DNA from: Bordetella parapertussis
Lineage (GTDB): Bacteria; Pseudomonadota; Gammaproteobacteria; Burkholderiales; SG8-39
NCBI GenBank assembly: GCA_945892985.1
Contig: CAMDDU010000003.1
Span: 62,060-126,059, forward strand
Direction: 5' to 3'
Length of the DNA stretch: 64,000 nucleotides
The notes below the pieces were generated by a model that worked only from the letters and a program-made list of their open reading frames with translations, did not search any database and was not told the origin of the DNA. The position numbers and the translations under genes were made by a program. The number at the start of each line of letters is the position of its first letter. Within the stretch, counting starts at the first letter, position 1. Of this stretch, positions 32,337 to 42,307 are shown in pieces.

Positions 32337-33668
32337 ATGAGCAGTGCCAACAATACAAACGAGTTGCTTGATACCGGCCTGCGCGCCCAGAACAGCGGTC
32401 GCATGGATGAAGCTGCACGCATTTTTCAACAGGTTCTAACCGCGGATCCGCGCAACGTCCGGGCATTGAATACATACGGATTGTTTCTTGAAAAAACCAA
32501 AGAGCAGTCAAAAGCTGAAGAATTTTTGAGACGCGCCATTCAATACGCCCCGCATGTACTCGACAGCTATGTCAATCTGGGTTTTGTCCTGCATAGCGCG
32601 GAAAAATTCGACTTGGCCATCGATTGCTGCCAGCTTGGCTTGAAACTGTTTCCAGACAATCGCTACCTGCAAAACAATCTCGCAACCAACCTGCACAGCG
32701 CAGGCAAATACGATGAAGCTATCGATCTTCTAAAAAAAATGATCGCCTTGGATCCGAGCCATACCGGTGCGCGCTATCACATCGGCAGGATATACATGGA
32801 CCTTGACGACAGCACCGAGGCAGTGAATTTTTTCATCGAGGCCCTACAGTTCAATCCGAACGACCATCTGTCCCTCAGCGCCGCCGGAGAGTGCCTGTTA
32901 AAAACCGGTCGGGCCGGCGAGGCGTTGGACATGTTCGACAAGGCGCTGCAACTGGGCGGCTTCGACAACCGCATCACATCACTCAAGACGCTTACGCTGG
33001 CCGAACTGGGCCGAACGCAGGAAGAGAACTGGTTGTCCGACCCGCACCGGCTCGGGCAAATATCCATCATCTCTGAAATCGGCTACAGCCGCGAAGACAT
33101 GCTCGCCCTCAACCGCGAATTGTCGGAATTTGCGTCGAATCACCCAACCCTACGCAAAGACCCCAAGGAAAACGCCGTCTACAAGAGCTGGCACAGCAAA
33201 AACATCGCCTTCGATGGTAATCCGGCGGTGGAAAAACTCAAACATTTCATTGCCTATGCCTGCGACAAACGGCTGAAAACCCTGGCGCAAGAGGATCCCC
33301 TCCATCCTTTCGTGAAAACCGTGCCGCGCGAAACCGATCTGTTCCTATGGGCGGTAAAGATGCAGGGTGGTGGTCAGTTCACCCCACACACCCATCCGGC
33401 CGGATGGCTGAGCGGGGTGTATTACGTTGACATTCCCGACGTTGTCTCGGCCGCGAACTCAGGCGAAGCGGGCTGGCTCAAACTCGGCCCACCAAGGGCT
33501 GACTTCAAGCTGACGCGGCAACCGATCACCCGCGCGGTCAAGCCCGAACCGGGCATGTTGGTTACCTTTCCCTCGTATATCTGGCACGACACGGTCCCTC
33601 TGCCCGAAGAAATAACCCAGCAGCGTCTTTGCCTCGCTTTTGATATTTTGCCGATGAATCGAAGGTAA
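32337..33668 (+). CDS. TPR-repeat protein with a C-terminal putative 2OG-Fe(II) oxygenase domain
   Basis: About 6 TPRs; PHTHPAGWLSGVYY, PEPGMLVTFPSYIWHDTVP, RLCLAFD. Confidence 0.87.
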   Translation: MSSANNTNELLDTGLRAQNSGRMDEAARIFQQVLTADPRNVRALNTYGLFLEKTKEQSKAEEFLRRAIQYAPHVLDSYVNLGFVLHSAEKFDLAIDCCQLGLKLFPDNRYLQNNLATNLHSAGKYDEAIDLLKKMIALDPSHTGARYHIGRIYMDLDDSTEAVNFFIEALQFNPNDHLSLSAAGECLLKTGRAGEALDMFDKALQLGGFDNRITSLKTLTLAELGRTQEENWLSDPHRLGQISIISEIGYSREDMLALNRELSEFASNHPTLRKDPKENAVYKSWHSKNIAFDGNPAVEKLKHFIAYACDKRLKTLAQEDPLHPFVKTVPRETDLFLWAVKMQGGGQFTPHTHPAGWLSGVYYVDIPDVVSAANSGEAGWLKLGPPRADFKLTRQPITRAVKPEPGMLVTFPSYIWHDTVPLPEEITQQRLCLAFDILPMNRR

Positions 33669-33685
33669 TACAGGCAGCGCAGGCA

Positions 33686-33715
33686 AACAAAAAGGGCTCC
33701 GCGGCGCCCTTTGTT
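33686..33715. terminator. Probable intrinsic terminator
   Basis: AACAAAAAGGGC...GCCCTTTGTT hairpin after the stop codon. Confidence 0.6.
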
Positions 33716-33764
33716 CCATTAAGGAATTTTTTGTGCCATTATGGTGCTATGGAAAAGAAACCCC

Positions 33765-33974
33765 ATGGCCATCAATGTCAAACTGTCTGAAAACTTGGTC
33801 GAGCAGGCCAAGACCCACGCACTGATCCAGCACCGCTCGGTGCCCAAGCAGATCGAGTACTGGTCGCAGATCGGCAAGATTGCGGAGGAGAACCCGGACC
33901 TGCCGTTCTCCATGATCCGTGACATCCTAGTGGCGGATCAAGAGGCGGTAGTCGCAGAATACGTTTTTAGCTGA
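33765..33974 (+). CDS. ParD-like type II antitoxin (orphan)
   Basis: MAINVKLSENLV...HRSVPKQIEYWSQIGKIAEENPDLP. Confidence 0.85.
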   Translation: MAINVKLSENLVEQAKTHALIQHRSVPKQIEYWSQIGKIAEENPDLPFSMIRDILVADQEAVVAEYVFS

Positions 33975-33979
33975 TGCGC

Positions 33980-34115
33980 CTGCTTGGCCCTGCCGTATTC
34001 GACTAAATTGTGAGCAGCGTTGGCATGGGCTACGCTATCGAACTCAATGATTACCACGCGCTGCAGCATACCGGCTTCATAGACATTATTAGGCATTCCC
34101 CATGCATGGAAAAGC
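33980..34115 (-). pseudogene. DUF1330 protein, C-terminal fragment
   Basis: WGMPNNVYEAGMLQRVVIIEFDSVAHANAAH; no recognisable N-terminal half. Confidence 0.65.
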
Positions 34116-34568
34116 AGTCCTTTGCGCGTTCCACCACGCACGGACGCAGCCTGCAATTTGTGTCGGGCCAAGGGCGAATGACTGGGCATTCAGTGAAGGA
34201 CGCACGATTGGGAGTCCGGTGGAACCATGGTGAGCGCGGGGCCGTGGGCATGTCGCCGAAGAAGCGGATGGTACCGCGCCGTCCGTGTGCCCCAAAGCCA
34301 CCTCCCTTCGCGGAGCGCATTCACGGTAACAAAAAGTTGTCCATGAGGCAGTACACCCCCGCCCGGTACTAACCGGTTCCCCAAAAAAAACATCGCCCGC
34401 ACCACAGGAATAGCAAAAAGCCCAGCATGGACGGAATGCACCCCAATAAGCCCATCGGTGAATATTAAGCCTGTTTCTCAGATGCACGAATAACTCGTTG
34501 CCGGCATTGCGCCTTTCTTGCCTGCCCTGGCCGCCCCAATTGCCCGGCATGCATATGGGCCGGCAGAT

Positions 34569-34603
34569 TATGTGTTGACAGCACATACTTTTTCATCAAC
34601 AAT
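34569..34603 (+). promoter_or_regulatory. Promoter with a palindromic operator upstream of a Bug gene
   Basis: TATGTGTTG-A-CAGCACATA over TTGACA; AACAAT 17 nt downstream; second CAGCACATAC half-site at 34646-34655. Confidence 0.55.
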
Positions 34604-34759
34604 CATCCGAAGCGTAAAGCTTGGACGCAACACACGTTTTCTGCGCAGCACATACATTTGCCCATGTCACGCGTCGCAGATCGAAAAGCACAGAGCACTG
34701 CCGGCGCCGGACATTGAGGCTTTCAATATCCATATGGTTCGATAGGAACGGGAGGGAAC

Positions 34760-35761
34760 ATGCGTTTTCGTCAAATCGCAGGCGCGTCATTCTTGCGTCG
34801 AAAGTTGTGGTCGGCCATAGCGGCCGTCCTGCTCGCTCTGTCCGGGTCCGTGATGGCGCAAAACTTCCCGTCAAGGCCGGTAAAAATCATTGTGGGATTC
34901 GCTCCGGGCGGCGGAAGCGATATTGTGGCCCGGGTACTCGCGCAAAAGTTAAGTGATGTATGGGGGCAATCGGTGGTGGTGGAAAACAAGACTGGCGCCA
35001 GCGGCATCATCGGTGCCGACGCGGTGGCGAAATCCACGCCCGACGGTTATACGCTTCTTGTCTCTTCAGCGACAAGCACCGCGGTTGCTGCCTCGCTGAA
35101 TCCCAATCTGCCATATGACGTGTTGAGGGATTTTTCAATCGTAACGGTTATCGGCACGACCCCGACCGTACTGGTGATCAATCCCGCCCTGGTACCAAAA
35201 TCGTTTAGTGAGTTCGTCTCGTACGCAAAAGCCAATCCCAACAGCACCTTCTTCGGCGGTTCAGGCATTGGCTCCACCGGGCACCTTACGGGGGAACTGT
35301 TTAACATGTCCGTCAACATCAAGACCGGTCACGTTCCCTACAAAGGGGAACCGCCCGCCCTGACGGACATTATCAGCGGCAATCTGACTTTCATGTTCTC
35401 GTCATTGCCGGTGGTATTGCCATTCGTCCGGAACGGCCAATTGCGCGGCCTTGCTGTTACCAGCCTGCAACGCTCGCCGGGGGCGCCTGAATTGCCGACA
35501 GTGGCCGAATTGGGTTTTCCCGAGATGGAAAGCGTTGCATGGAACGCACTCTATGCACCCTCCGGAGTACCCAAGCCCGTGATTGCGCGCATTCATTCTG
35601 ACGTCACGACAATTCTTCAGCTTCCCGACGTCAGGGAACGCTTCCGGCAGCTCGGAATCGAGGTTGTCGGCAACACGCCCGAGCAGGCAACCGCCTATTT
35701 AAGAGCCGAAATCACCAAGTGGGGGAAAGTTATAAGACAGGCAAATGTACGCATTGACTAG
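34760..35761 (+). CDS. Bug/TctC substrate-binding protein
   Basis: FPSRPVKIIVGFAPGGGSD, ENKTGASG, PDGYTLL, HVPYKG. Confidence 0.93.
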   Translation: MRFRQIAGASFLRRKLWSAIAAVLLALSGSVMAQNFPSRPVKIIVGFAPGGGSDIVARVLAQKLSDVWGQSVVVENKTGASGIIGADAVAKSTPDGYTLLVSSATSTAVAASLNPNLPYDVLRDFSIVTVIGTTPTVLVINPALVPKSFSEFVSYAKANPNSTFFGGSGIGSTGHLTGELFNMSVNIKTGHVPYKGEPPALTDIISGNLTFMFSSLPVVLPFVRNGQLRGLAVTSLQRSPGAPELPTVAELGFPEMESVAWNALYAPSGVPKPVIARIHSDVTTILQLPDVRERFRQLGIEVVGNTPEQATAYLRAEITKWGKVIRQANVRID

Positions 35762-35981
35762 CCGGGCCGCCATGGTCTGTCGGCCCGATCGCGGCAATTG
35801 TCGGTGGCGAAGCAGATGAGCCATCTAAAGCCAGCCTGCGATCGACGCATGTGCCGCGCGGCAAGACCTCGCCCCGCCTAAATCGCGGAATCAGCCAGAC
35901 ATCAGCAGCAGCCGGTTCTGTGCACGTCTAACAACAAGCATCCCCCACGCGCCATCAAGATAGAAGGAAAAGGAAGAATTT

Positions 35982-37100
35982 ATGAGGATTACTGCAGTAG
36001 AGGCAATTCCGTTACGCATGCCACTTGCCCACCCCTACGAAATTTCGGTGGGTACGCGGCAAGAGGCCTACATCGTGATAGTCGTGATTCGAACCGATGA
36101 GGGGGTCGTCGGTTACGGGGACACGTCATCGGTGGACGGTATGCCCATCGCTTCAGAGACACAGGCAAGCATAGTTGCAATCGTACGCGACCATTTGTCA
36201 CCCATGCTTATAGGCGAGAATCCGCTGGAAGTTCCAAAGCTTATCGACAAAATGAATACCAGCATCTTTGGCAACAACTACGCAAAGGCTGCCATCGACA
36301 GTGCCCTCTATGATTGTGCGGGCCAAGCGCTCAATTTGCCGGTGTATATGCTCCTCGGCGGACGGCGTCGTGACACGGTTCTCTTGTCCGCCGGGGTAGG
36401 CGCGCGCGATCCGGCGATGGCCGTCAAGACTGCGGAGGACGCGCTTGCGGCAGGATATCGTTCCCTGAAGGTCAAGGTCGGGTTCGGCCACAAGCGGGAC
36501 TTTGAAAATGTCCGCGCGATACGGGATATGGCCGGCCCCGATATCCCGATCAGAATTGACGCTAACGCGGGCTGGAGTTTCGTCTCCGCGGTGCAGGCGA
36601 TACGGCGATTGGAGTCCTGCGACCTCCAGTTGGTCGAGCAGCCCCTGAAGCGTTATGACTTTGCCGGAATGGCGGCACTTGCAGCCGCCGTGGACGTGCC
36701 GATTGCGGCCGACGAGATGGTTGCCTCCCCAGAAGACACGCAGAACATGATCCGCTTTCAAGCGGCTGAAATGGTGAACATGAAGGTCATGAAGCTCGGA
36801 GGCCTGTGCCAGGCACTCCGCGCCACGCATATTCTCGATGCCTGCGACCTGCAGTATTGGGTGGGGACAATGGGTGAAACCGGAATCGGCGTCGCGGCCA
36901 ATTTGCACTTCTGTGCTGCGGTCAAGTCGCTTCCGGTTGCGAATGAAGGTGCCCGGCCCGCGCCGTATTTCCTTGGCGATGACGTGATCGAGCAGCCGTT
37001 CGTGGTCAAGGACGGGTGCGTCTCCATTGACCAGATTTCCCGGCCCGGCCTTGGCATTGAGGTGGATTGGAAACAAATTGCCCGTTATCGAATCGATTAA
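35982..37100 (+). CDS. Enolase superfamily enzyme, muconate lactonizing enzyme/dipeptide epimerase subgroup
   Basis: LKVKVG (KxK), RIDAN, VEQP, AADE, NMKVMK, PGLGI. Confidence 0.9.
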   Translation: MRITAVEAIPLRMPLAHPYEISVGTRQEAYIVIVVIRTDEGVVGYGDTSSVDGMPIASETQASIVAIVRDHLSPMLIGENPLEVPKLIDKMNTSIFGNNYAKAAIDSALYDCAGQALNLPVYMLLGGRRRDTVLLSAGVGARDPAMAVKTAEDALAAGYRSLKVKVGFGHKRDFENVRAIRDMAGPDIPIRIDANAGWSFVSAVQAIRRLESCDLQLVEQPLKRYDFAGMAALAAAVDVPIAADEMVASPEDTQNMIRFQAAEMVNMKVMKLGGLCQALRATHILDACDLQYWVGTMGETGIGVAANLHFCAAVKSLPVANEGARPAPYFLGDDVIEQPFVVKDGCVSIDQISRPGLGIEVDWKQIARYRID

Positions 37101-37238
37101 GAGTGTCTCGTGCCGGGCTTACGGTCGCCAATGCAGGACGGCCGATGCGCGTCGAATGTATCCGTCGCACCGTAAGACAGACTTGAGGAGACTTTCCTGA
37201 ACTCGCGTTCGCGTACCAGCTCACCGAAAGGCTTTAAT

Positions 37239-38255
37239 ATGCATTTGTGTGCACAAAACTTCTGGTTTAGGGGAGTGCTTCGGTCCCGTAGCTATTCGAT
37301 CCGCCTTCTCGCCTGCACCTTGGCGTTTGCGTTCATCGGCACTGCCACAGCCACCGCACAGGAGTATCCAGTGCGCGCTATAAAAATTGTTGTGGCGTCC
37401 CCGCCGGGCGGGGGTACTGATATTCTCGGAAGGCTGATTGCGGAACGACTGGTTGCTAAGTGGGGGCAGCCGGCGTTCGTGGAAAACCGCGGAGGAAACG
37501 CGGGAAACATTGGTGCAGAAGCGGTGTCGAAGTCTGCGCCAGATGGGTACACCATTCTTCTAGTAGCTCAGGGCGCGCTAGTAATCAATAAGAATCTCTA
37601 CAAAAAGCTTAGCTACGACCCGGAGAGCTTTGTGCCTGTGTCGCTAGTGGCAGTAACGCCTGCAGTTTTGATACTGAACCCAAAAATGCCTGCACAGAAC
37701 CTAGGCGAGCTGATTGCTTATGCGAAGATCAATCCAAACAAGCTAAATTACGCAACTCAGGGCGTGGGCACTTCGGCCCATCTGACGGCAGAACTGTTCA
37801 ATTCGATGGCGGGCGTGCGCACCGTTCATGTGCCTTATAGAGGCACAAGCCCTATGCTTGTAGATCTGATAAGCGGTGAAGTGTCGATGACGTTCGGTGA
37901 ACTTGCGACAGCCGGGCCGTACGTTCGCGCGGGGAAACTGAAAGTGATAGCAATCGCAAGTGAGACGAGGAGTGCTTTGGCACCAGAACTGCCAACCTTA
38001 GCTGAGGTGCTCCCCGGTTTTACTTCAATTACTTGGTGGGGGATGGTCGCACCTGCGGGTACTCCAGTATCGATAGCGGCAAAACTTTCAGCCGCCGTGA
38101 CTGAGGCGCTAAAGCATCCTGAGGTGGCTCGGCGACTAAGTGAGCTGAGTATTGAGGGCATCGGCGGTACTCCACAGGACCTAGTGAATTTTATGCGTCA
38201 GGAGCGAACGCTTTGGGGGAAGGTGATTCGCGATACCGGTGCGAGTGCGGACTAA
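37239..38255 (+). CDS. Bug/TctC substrate-binding protein
   Basis: YPVRAIKIVV, PGGGTD, APDGYTI, HVPYRG. Confidence 0.92.
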   Translation: MHLCAQNFWFRGVLRSRSYSIRLLACTLAFAFIGTATATAQEYPVRAIKIVVASPPGGGTDILGRLIAERLVAKWGQPAFVENRGGNAGNIGAEAVSKSAPDGYTILLVAQGALVINKNLYKKLSYDPESFVPVSLVAVTPAVLILNPKMPAQNLGELIAYAKINPNKLNYATQGVGTSAHLTAELFNSMAGVRTVHVPYRGTSPMLVDLISGEVSMTFGELATAGPYVRAGKLKVIAIASETRSALAPELPTLAEVLPGFTSITWWGMVAPAGTPVSIAAKLSAAVTEALKHPEVARRLSELSIEGIGGTPQDLVNFMRQERTLWGKVIRDTGASAD

Positions 38256-38259
38256 TGCT

Positions 38260-39093
38260 ATGCAGATAAAGCCTATAACCAGTGTGATCGGCGCGGAAGT
38301 GATCGGAGTCGATTTGTTGGAGCCGCTGGACGAGCTGATGTTCAAGCGCATTGAACAAGCTTGGCACGATAATGTAATTCTGCTTTTCCGCGGACAGAAT
38401 CTCGACGAGAATCAGCAGGCGAGCTTCTGCGCACGCTTCGGAAAGTTGGTGGCCTCGCTCAACGCAGAGATGTTGAATCGGCCTGGCCAACATCCGGCTG
38501 TGATGTATATTTCGAACATCGTTGAGAATGGTAAGTTAATCGGGGCGCTGCCAGATGGTGAAGTGGTATTCCACTCCGATCAGTGCCACGCTGAGTGCCC
38601 GGCAATGGCGACCATGCTCTATGCGCTAGAAATTCCGTTTAGCGGTGGTGACACTTTATTTGCAAACATGTATGCCGCATACGATTCTCTGCCCCTAGAT
38701 CTAAAGAATAAATTGAATGGAAGATACGCTGAGAATGTCTACGATTACGCCCCAGAGACTATCGCGCGCGGCGGTTCTAGAATTCGAGAAGGTGTGAAGC
38801 ATTGTGCCCACCCAGTGTTCCGTACCCATCCAGTTACCGGGAAGAAGGCGCTCTACGTTAATCGTTTGATGACGGACCACATTGTCGGTTTGCCTGAATT
38901 CGAGAGTCGCGAAATCCTAGACTTCCTATTCATACATGTCGAGCAGCCGGAATTTGTGTATTCCCATCACTGGGCAGTCGGTGATTTGATGCTCTGGGAC
39001 AACCGGTGCAGCCTGCATGCGCGCACTAATTTCGACGCTTCGGCACGTCGTAAGTTGAGGCGAATTACCGTGCAAGGAGAGCGACCGAGCTAA
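38260..39093 (+). CDS. TauD/TfdA family Fe(II)/2-oxoglutarate dioxygenase
   Basis: FHSD, GGDTLFANM, HPVFRTHPVTG, WDNRCSLHAR. Confidence 0.93.
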   Translation: MQIKPITSVIGAEVIGVDLLEPLDELMFKRIEQAWHDNVILLFRGQNLDENQQASFCARFGKLVASLNAEMLNRPGQHPAVMYISNIVENGKLIGALPDGEVVFHSDQCHAECPAMATMLYALEIPFSGGDTLFANMYAAYDSLPLDLKNKLNGRYAENVYDYAPETIARGGSRIREGVKHCAHPVFRTHPVTGKKALYVNRLMTDHIVGLPEFESREILDFLFIHVEQPEFVYSHHWAVGDLMLWDNRCSLHARTNFDASARRKLRRITVQGERPS

Positions 39094-39378
39094 GCGCAAG
39101 GATTTTCCTTCATATCATGAGGTTAATTGGATCTATTGCTCCATTTTGTTTCAGATTAATCAGCTAGTTGAGCTGGAACTGTCAGGACTCCAATTGTCGG
39201 TTAGCCCAGCGTTGGCGGCGACACCACCTCTGGTCTCGTTCACGCCGAACTGCATGCCCTACCCCGCGCTAAATTCCACCAATCCGCCCCCGTTTTTTAA
39301 ACTCGCTCCATCTGGCGGGCTTTAAACGGTTAATCGAAGCGCAATATCAACCAATAGATACTAGGACCGGAGCCGAAC

Positions 39379-40566
39379 ATGGACGTTGCACTCAAGGGAA
39401 TCAAGGTGCTGGACCTAACCAGCTATATAGCAGGTCCGTTTGCAACCATGTTGCTAGGAGATCTTGGGGCTGAAATACTTAAGATTGAGCAGCCTGGTCA
39501 GGGAGACGTGTTCCGCTCCGCCGATAAGAATTCTTCTCTATACAGCCCACTATTCCGTGGATTCAACCGCAACAAACGAAGCATGACCCTCAACCTAGCC
39601 TGCGCTGAGGGTAAGGAGATATTCTGGAAATTGCTGAAATCGGCGGATGTGGTAGTCGAAAATTTCCGTCCCGGCGTGGTCGAACGGTTGGGAATAGACT
39701 ACGAGAAAGTTAAGGCGAGAAACCCACGTATAGTGTATTGCTCTATTTCTGCTTTCGGGCAGCAAGGGCCATACAGCGCAAAGCCGGGCTACGACACGAT
39801 CGGACAGTCGCTAAGCGGCTTGCTAAGCCTGCTGACCAACCTAGCTGACCCGAAGGGTCCAGGCGCCCCTTTTTCAGATCACTTGGGTGGACTATACGGC
39901 TGCTACGGAATACTGGGAGCCTTGATGGCACGCGAGCGTACCGGGGTTGGCCAAAGGGTAGAAACATCCTTGCTTGCTGCCACCATGAGCTTTATCGGCT
40001 TCAGCATCACCCAGTATCTGGACCTGGGTGCGAAGGAAGTACCTAATATGGTCAGCCGCCTTCACCAGGCGCAAATTTACGCCTTCATCTCCCAGGATGG
40101 ATTACCCTTTGTCGTGCACCTGTCCCACCCGAGGAAATTTTGGGAGGGCCTTACTCAGACCATCGGTCGCCTAGATCTACGCGAGGATCCTCGCTTCAAG
40201 GAAGCGCACTCCCGCGAAGAAAACTACTTTCAACTAGAGGCCATTCTCAGAGAAATCATTCAAACAAATACACGGGACTACTGGATCGCCAAGTTTGAAG
40301 AGAACGACGTGCCTTGTGCTCCGATTAAACGAATTGACGAAGTACTTGTCGATCCACAGGTCGAGTTCCTGGACCGGCTGGTGAATGTGGAAGGGCCCAA
40401 TGGAGAAAAGGTTCACTTCGTCAGGAACGGTGTCACATTTAGCGCAACGCCCACCGTCGAACCACAACGCCCCCCGTCGTTGGGTGAGCACAGCCTGGAA
40501 ACTCTGAGGGCGATCGGCTACTCCGACTTGGAGATTGAGAAACTTCAGTCACAGGGCGTCATATAG
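39379..40566 (+). CDS. CaiB/BaiF family III CoA-transferase
   Basis: LKGIKVLDL, AGPFATMLLGDLGA, NRNKRS, ENFRPG, GYD. Confidence 0.93.
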   Translation: MDVALKGIKVLDLTSYIAGPFATMLLGDLGAEILKIEQPGQGDVFRSADKNSSLYSPLFRGFNRNKRSMTLNLACAEGKEIFWKLLKSADVVVENFRPGVVERLGIDYEKVKARNPRIVYCSISAFGQQGPYSAKPGYDTIGQSLSGLLSLLTNLADPKGPGAPFSDHLGGLYGCYGILGALMARERTGVGQRVETSLLAATMSFIGFSITQYLDLGAKEVPNMVSRLHQAQIYAFISQDGLPFVVHLSHPRKFWEGLTQTIGRLDLREDPRFKEAHSREENYFQLEAILREIIQTNTRDYWIAKFEENDVPCAPIKRIDEVLVDPQVEFLDRLVNVEGPNGEKVHFVRNGVTFSATPTVEPQRPPSLGEHSLETLRAIGYSDLEIEKLQSQGVI

Positions 40567-40971
40567 GAAGACGTCCACGATAGGTAAATGATCTACCCTT
40601 TACCTGAACATCGGTAGCAATTGAAGTGATAGGGTAGATCGTTGTAGGGAATGTTGCTAACCGCTGCTCTGAGCCAGAAGTACGTTTGTAACAGCTCGGC
40701 TGTTGATCAGCAGAAAACACGCTCGCTTCAACTGGTACCGATTTAAGGGGCTAGATCACCTTCGATGCTGTACATTTTGAATGGTTCGTTGCATTTGCTT
40801 TATCCAACGGTAGATAAGGAGTTTTCGTTTAAATAGATATTGTTTAGTAGTTCTATTTTTAGTGGCCTTTTTGAAAGTAAGAAATTAATTCTTTGTATTG
40901 TTGCTGTCGCTCATAAAAAGTTACAGATCGGGCAGTTCGATAGTTCACGATGTTTTTTGGAGGGGGGTACC

Positions 40972-42066
40972 ATGCAATTAACGAATTTCTTCTTTCGCGG
41001 CCTGAAGGCTTTTTCGCTGGTGGCTATTGCCGCAGTCTTGGGTGGTTCGCCTGTTGCTTATTCGCAGGCAGGGGCAGGAAAGGGCAAACTTGCGGCAATC
41101 ATTGAGGCCGCATCTAAAGAGAAGGAGGTTGTTTTTCAGGCACCTGATCCAGAGACAGGCCTTCCTGCTGCTGACTTCCTGAGAGATATGGCTGCCATAA
41201 CGGAGCGGCTATACGGTATCAAGGTCAACATTCGAATCGACAATTCGTTAAATTTCCCAGCATCTGTCGCGAAGGCGATCACTGAGATACGTTCTGGTGC
41301 TGCGCCCAGCTATGACCTTATGTTCCAGAATGCCGTATCCGGACTTCCTCTTTACGTTAACAAGGCCTATGAGCAGATTCCTTGGTTAGAACTGTTTCCA
41401 CAACTTACGCCCCAGGATCTAGCTTGGAATGGCATTACGCCCATCGTAGACACGCAATTCATACTACCGATCTACAACACGCGCCTAGTCAGGCCACAGG
41501 ACGTGCCCAAATCTTGGGATGATCTGCTCAACCCTAGGTGGAAGGGAAAGCTTGGGGTGCTGGTTAACTACGAACCTTGGGCGCTCCTTTCGCAGCCTAA
41601 CGCCTGGGGCGAGGCGAAGACTATGGCTTTCCTAAAGCGTCTGCTGGAGCAGTCACCGAAGCTTGGCCGGCTCCCCGAGTCCCATGAGCGTGTTCTTTCG
41701 GGTGAGACACCTATAGCTTCTTTTGGACAACGTGAGCGGACGCTGTACTACAAGGAACAACGTAGCGCCCCAATGGGGGTGGTTGAATCGGCTGACCCGG
41801 CGCTGGTGTACGTCTATATCTTCGTGGTCCCTAAGGGAGCAAAGAATAAGAACGCAGCGATGCTCGTTGCTGCAGCGATGATGTCAAAAGAGGGGCAGGA
41901 GCTTCACCAAAAATATCGGAATTCCACATCCATGTTCCGCCCGGGAACACCTGCAGCTGCTTTTGCAAAGACTCACAAGGTCATTGTCCCGGATCTTGAC
42001 TTTATTACGAGCAAGGACTACGCGGAGTTGACCAAACGGATCAGCAGCATTTTGGCGCAGCGGTAG
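40972..42066 (+). CDS. ABC transporter substrate-binding protein (Fe3+/AfuA-like family)
   Basis: Signal peptide; YNTRLV..PKSWDDLLNPRWKGK; GGAGG RBS. Confidence 0.85.
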   Translation: MQLTNFFFRGLKAFSLVAIAAVLGGSPVAYSQAGAGKGKLAAIIEAASKEKEVVFQAPDPETGLPAADFLRDMAAITERLYGIKVNIRIDNSLNFPASVAKAITEIRSGAAPSYDLMFQNAVSGLPLYVNKAYEQIPWLELFPQLTPQDLAWNGITPIVDTQFILPIYNTRLVRPQDVPKSWDDLLNPRWKGKLGVLVNYEPWALLSQPNAWGEAKTMAFLKRLLEQSPKLGRLPESHERVLSGETPIASFGQRERTLYYKEQRSAPMGVVESADPALVYVYIFVVPKGAKNKNAAMLVAAAMMSKEGQELHQKYRNSTSMFRPGTPAAAFAKTHKVIVPDLDFITSKDYAELTKRISSILAQR

Positions 42067-42307
42067 CAGTGGATGCGGGTTCTCTTTGCGGTGGTATTTA
42101 GTCGACTTAGCATCATCTCTTTGTTGATCACTCGCGCTTTCAAGAGCCTATTTCGTAAGTGCGATCTGTATGTAGGTGTCCTTGAAAAATCCGTGACGTG
42201 GGAAATTCTTATGGGCGTGTCTCGGAGCTTAAACAGAATACTGATTATGAGATGAATCATCGAGTCATGAAAATTCAATGCTGTTTAATTGAAACGGGAC
42301 GGATTGG

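Noticed and set aside
34120..34560. Short ORFs or a rubredoxin-like relic
   Set aside because: No intact motif or RBS; the similarity is too weak to support.
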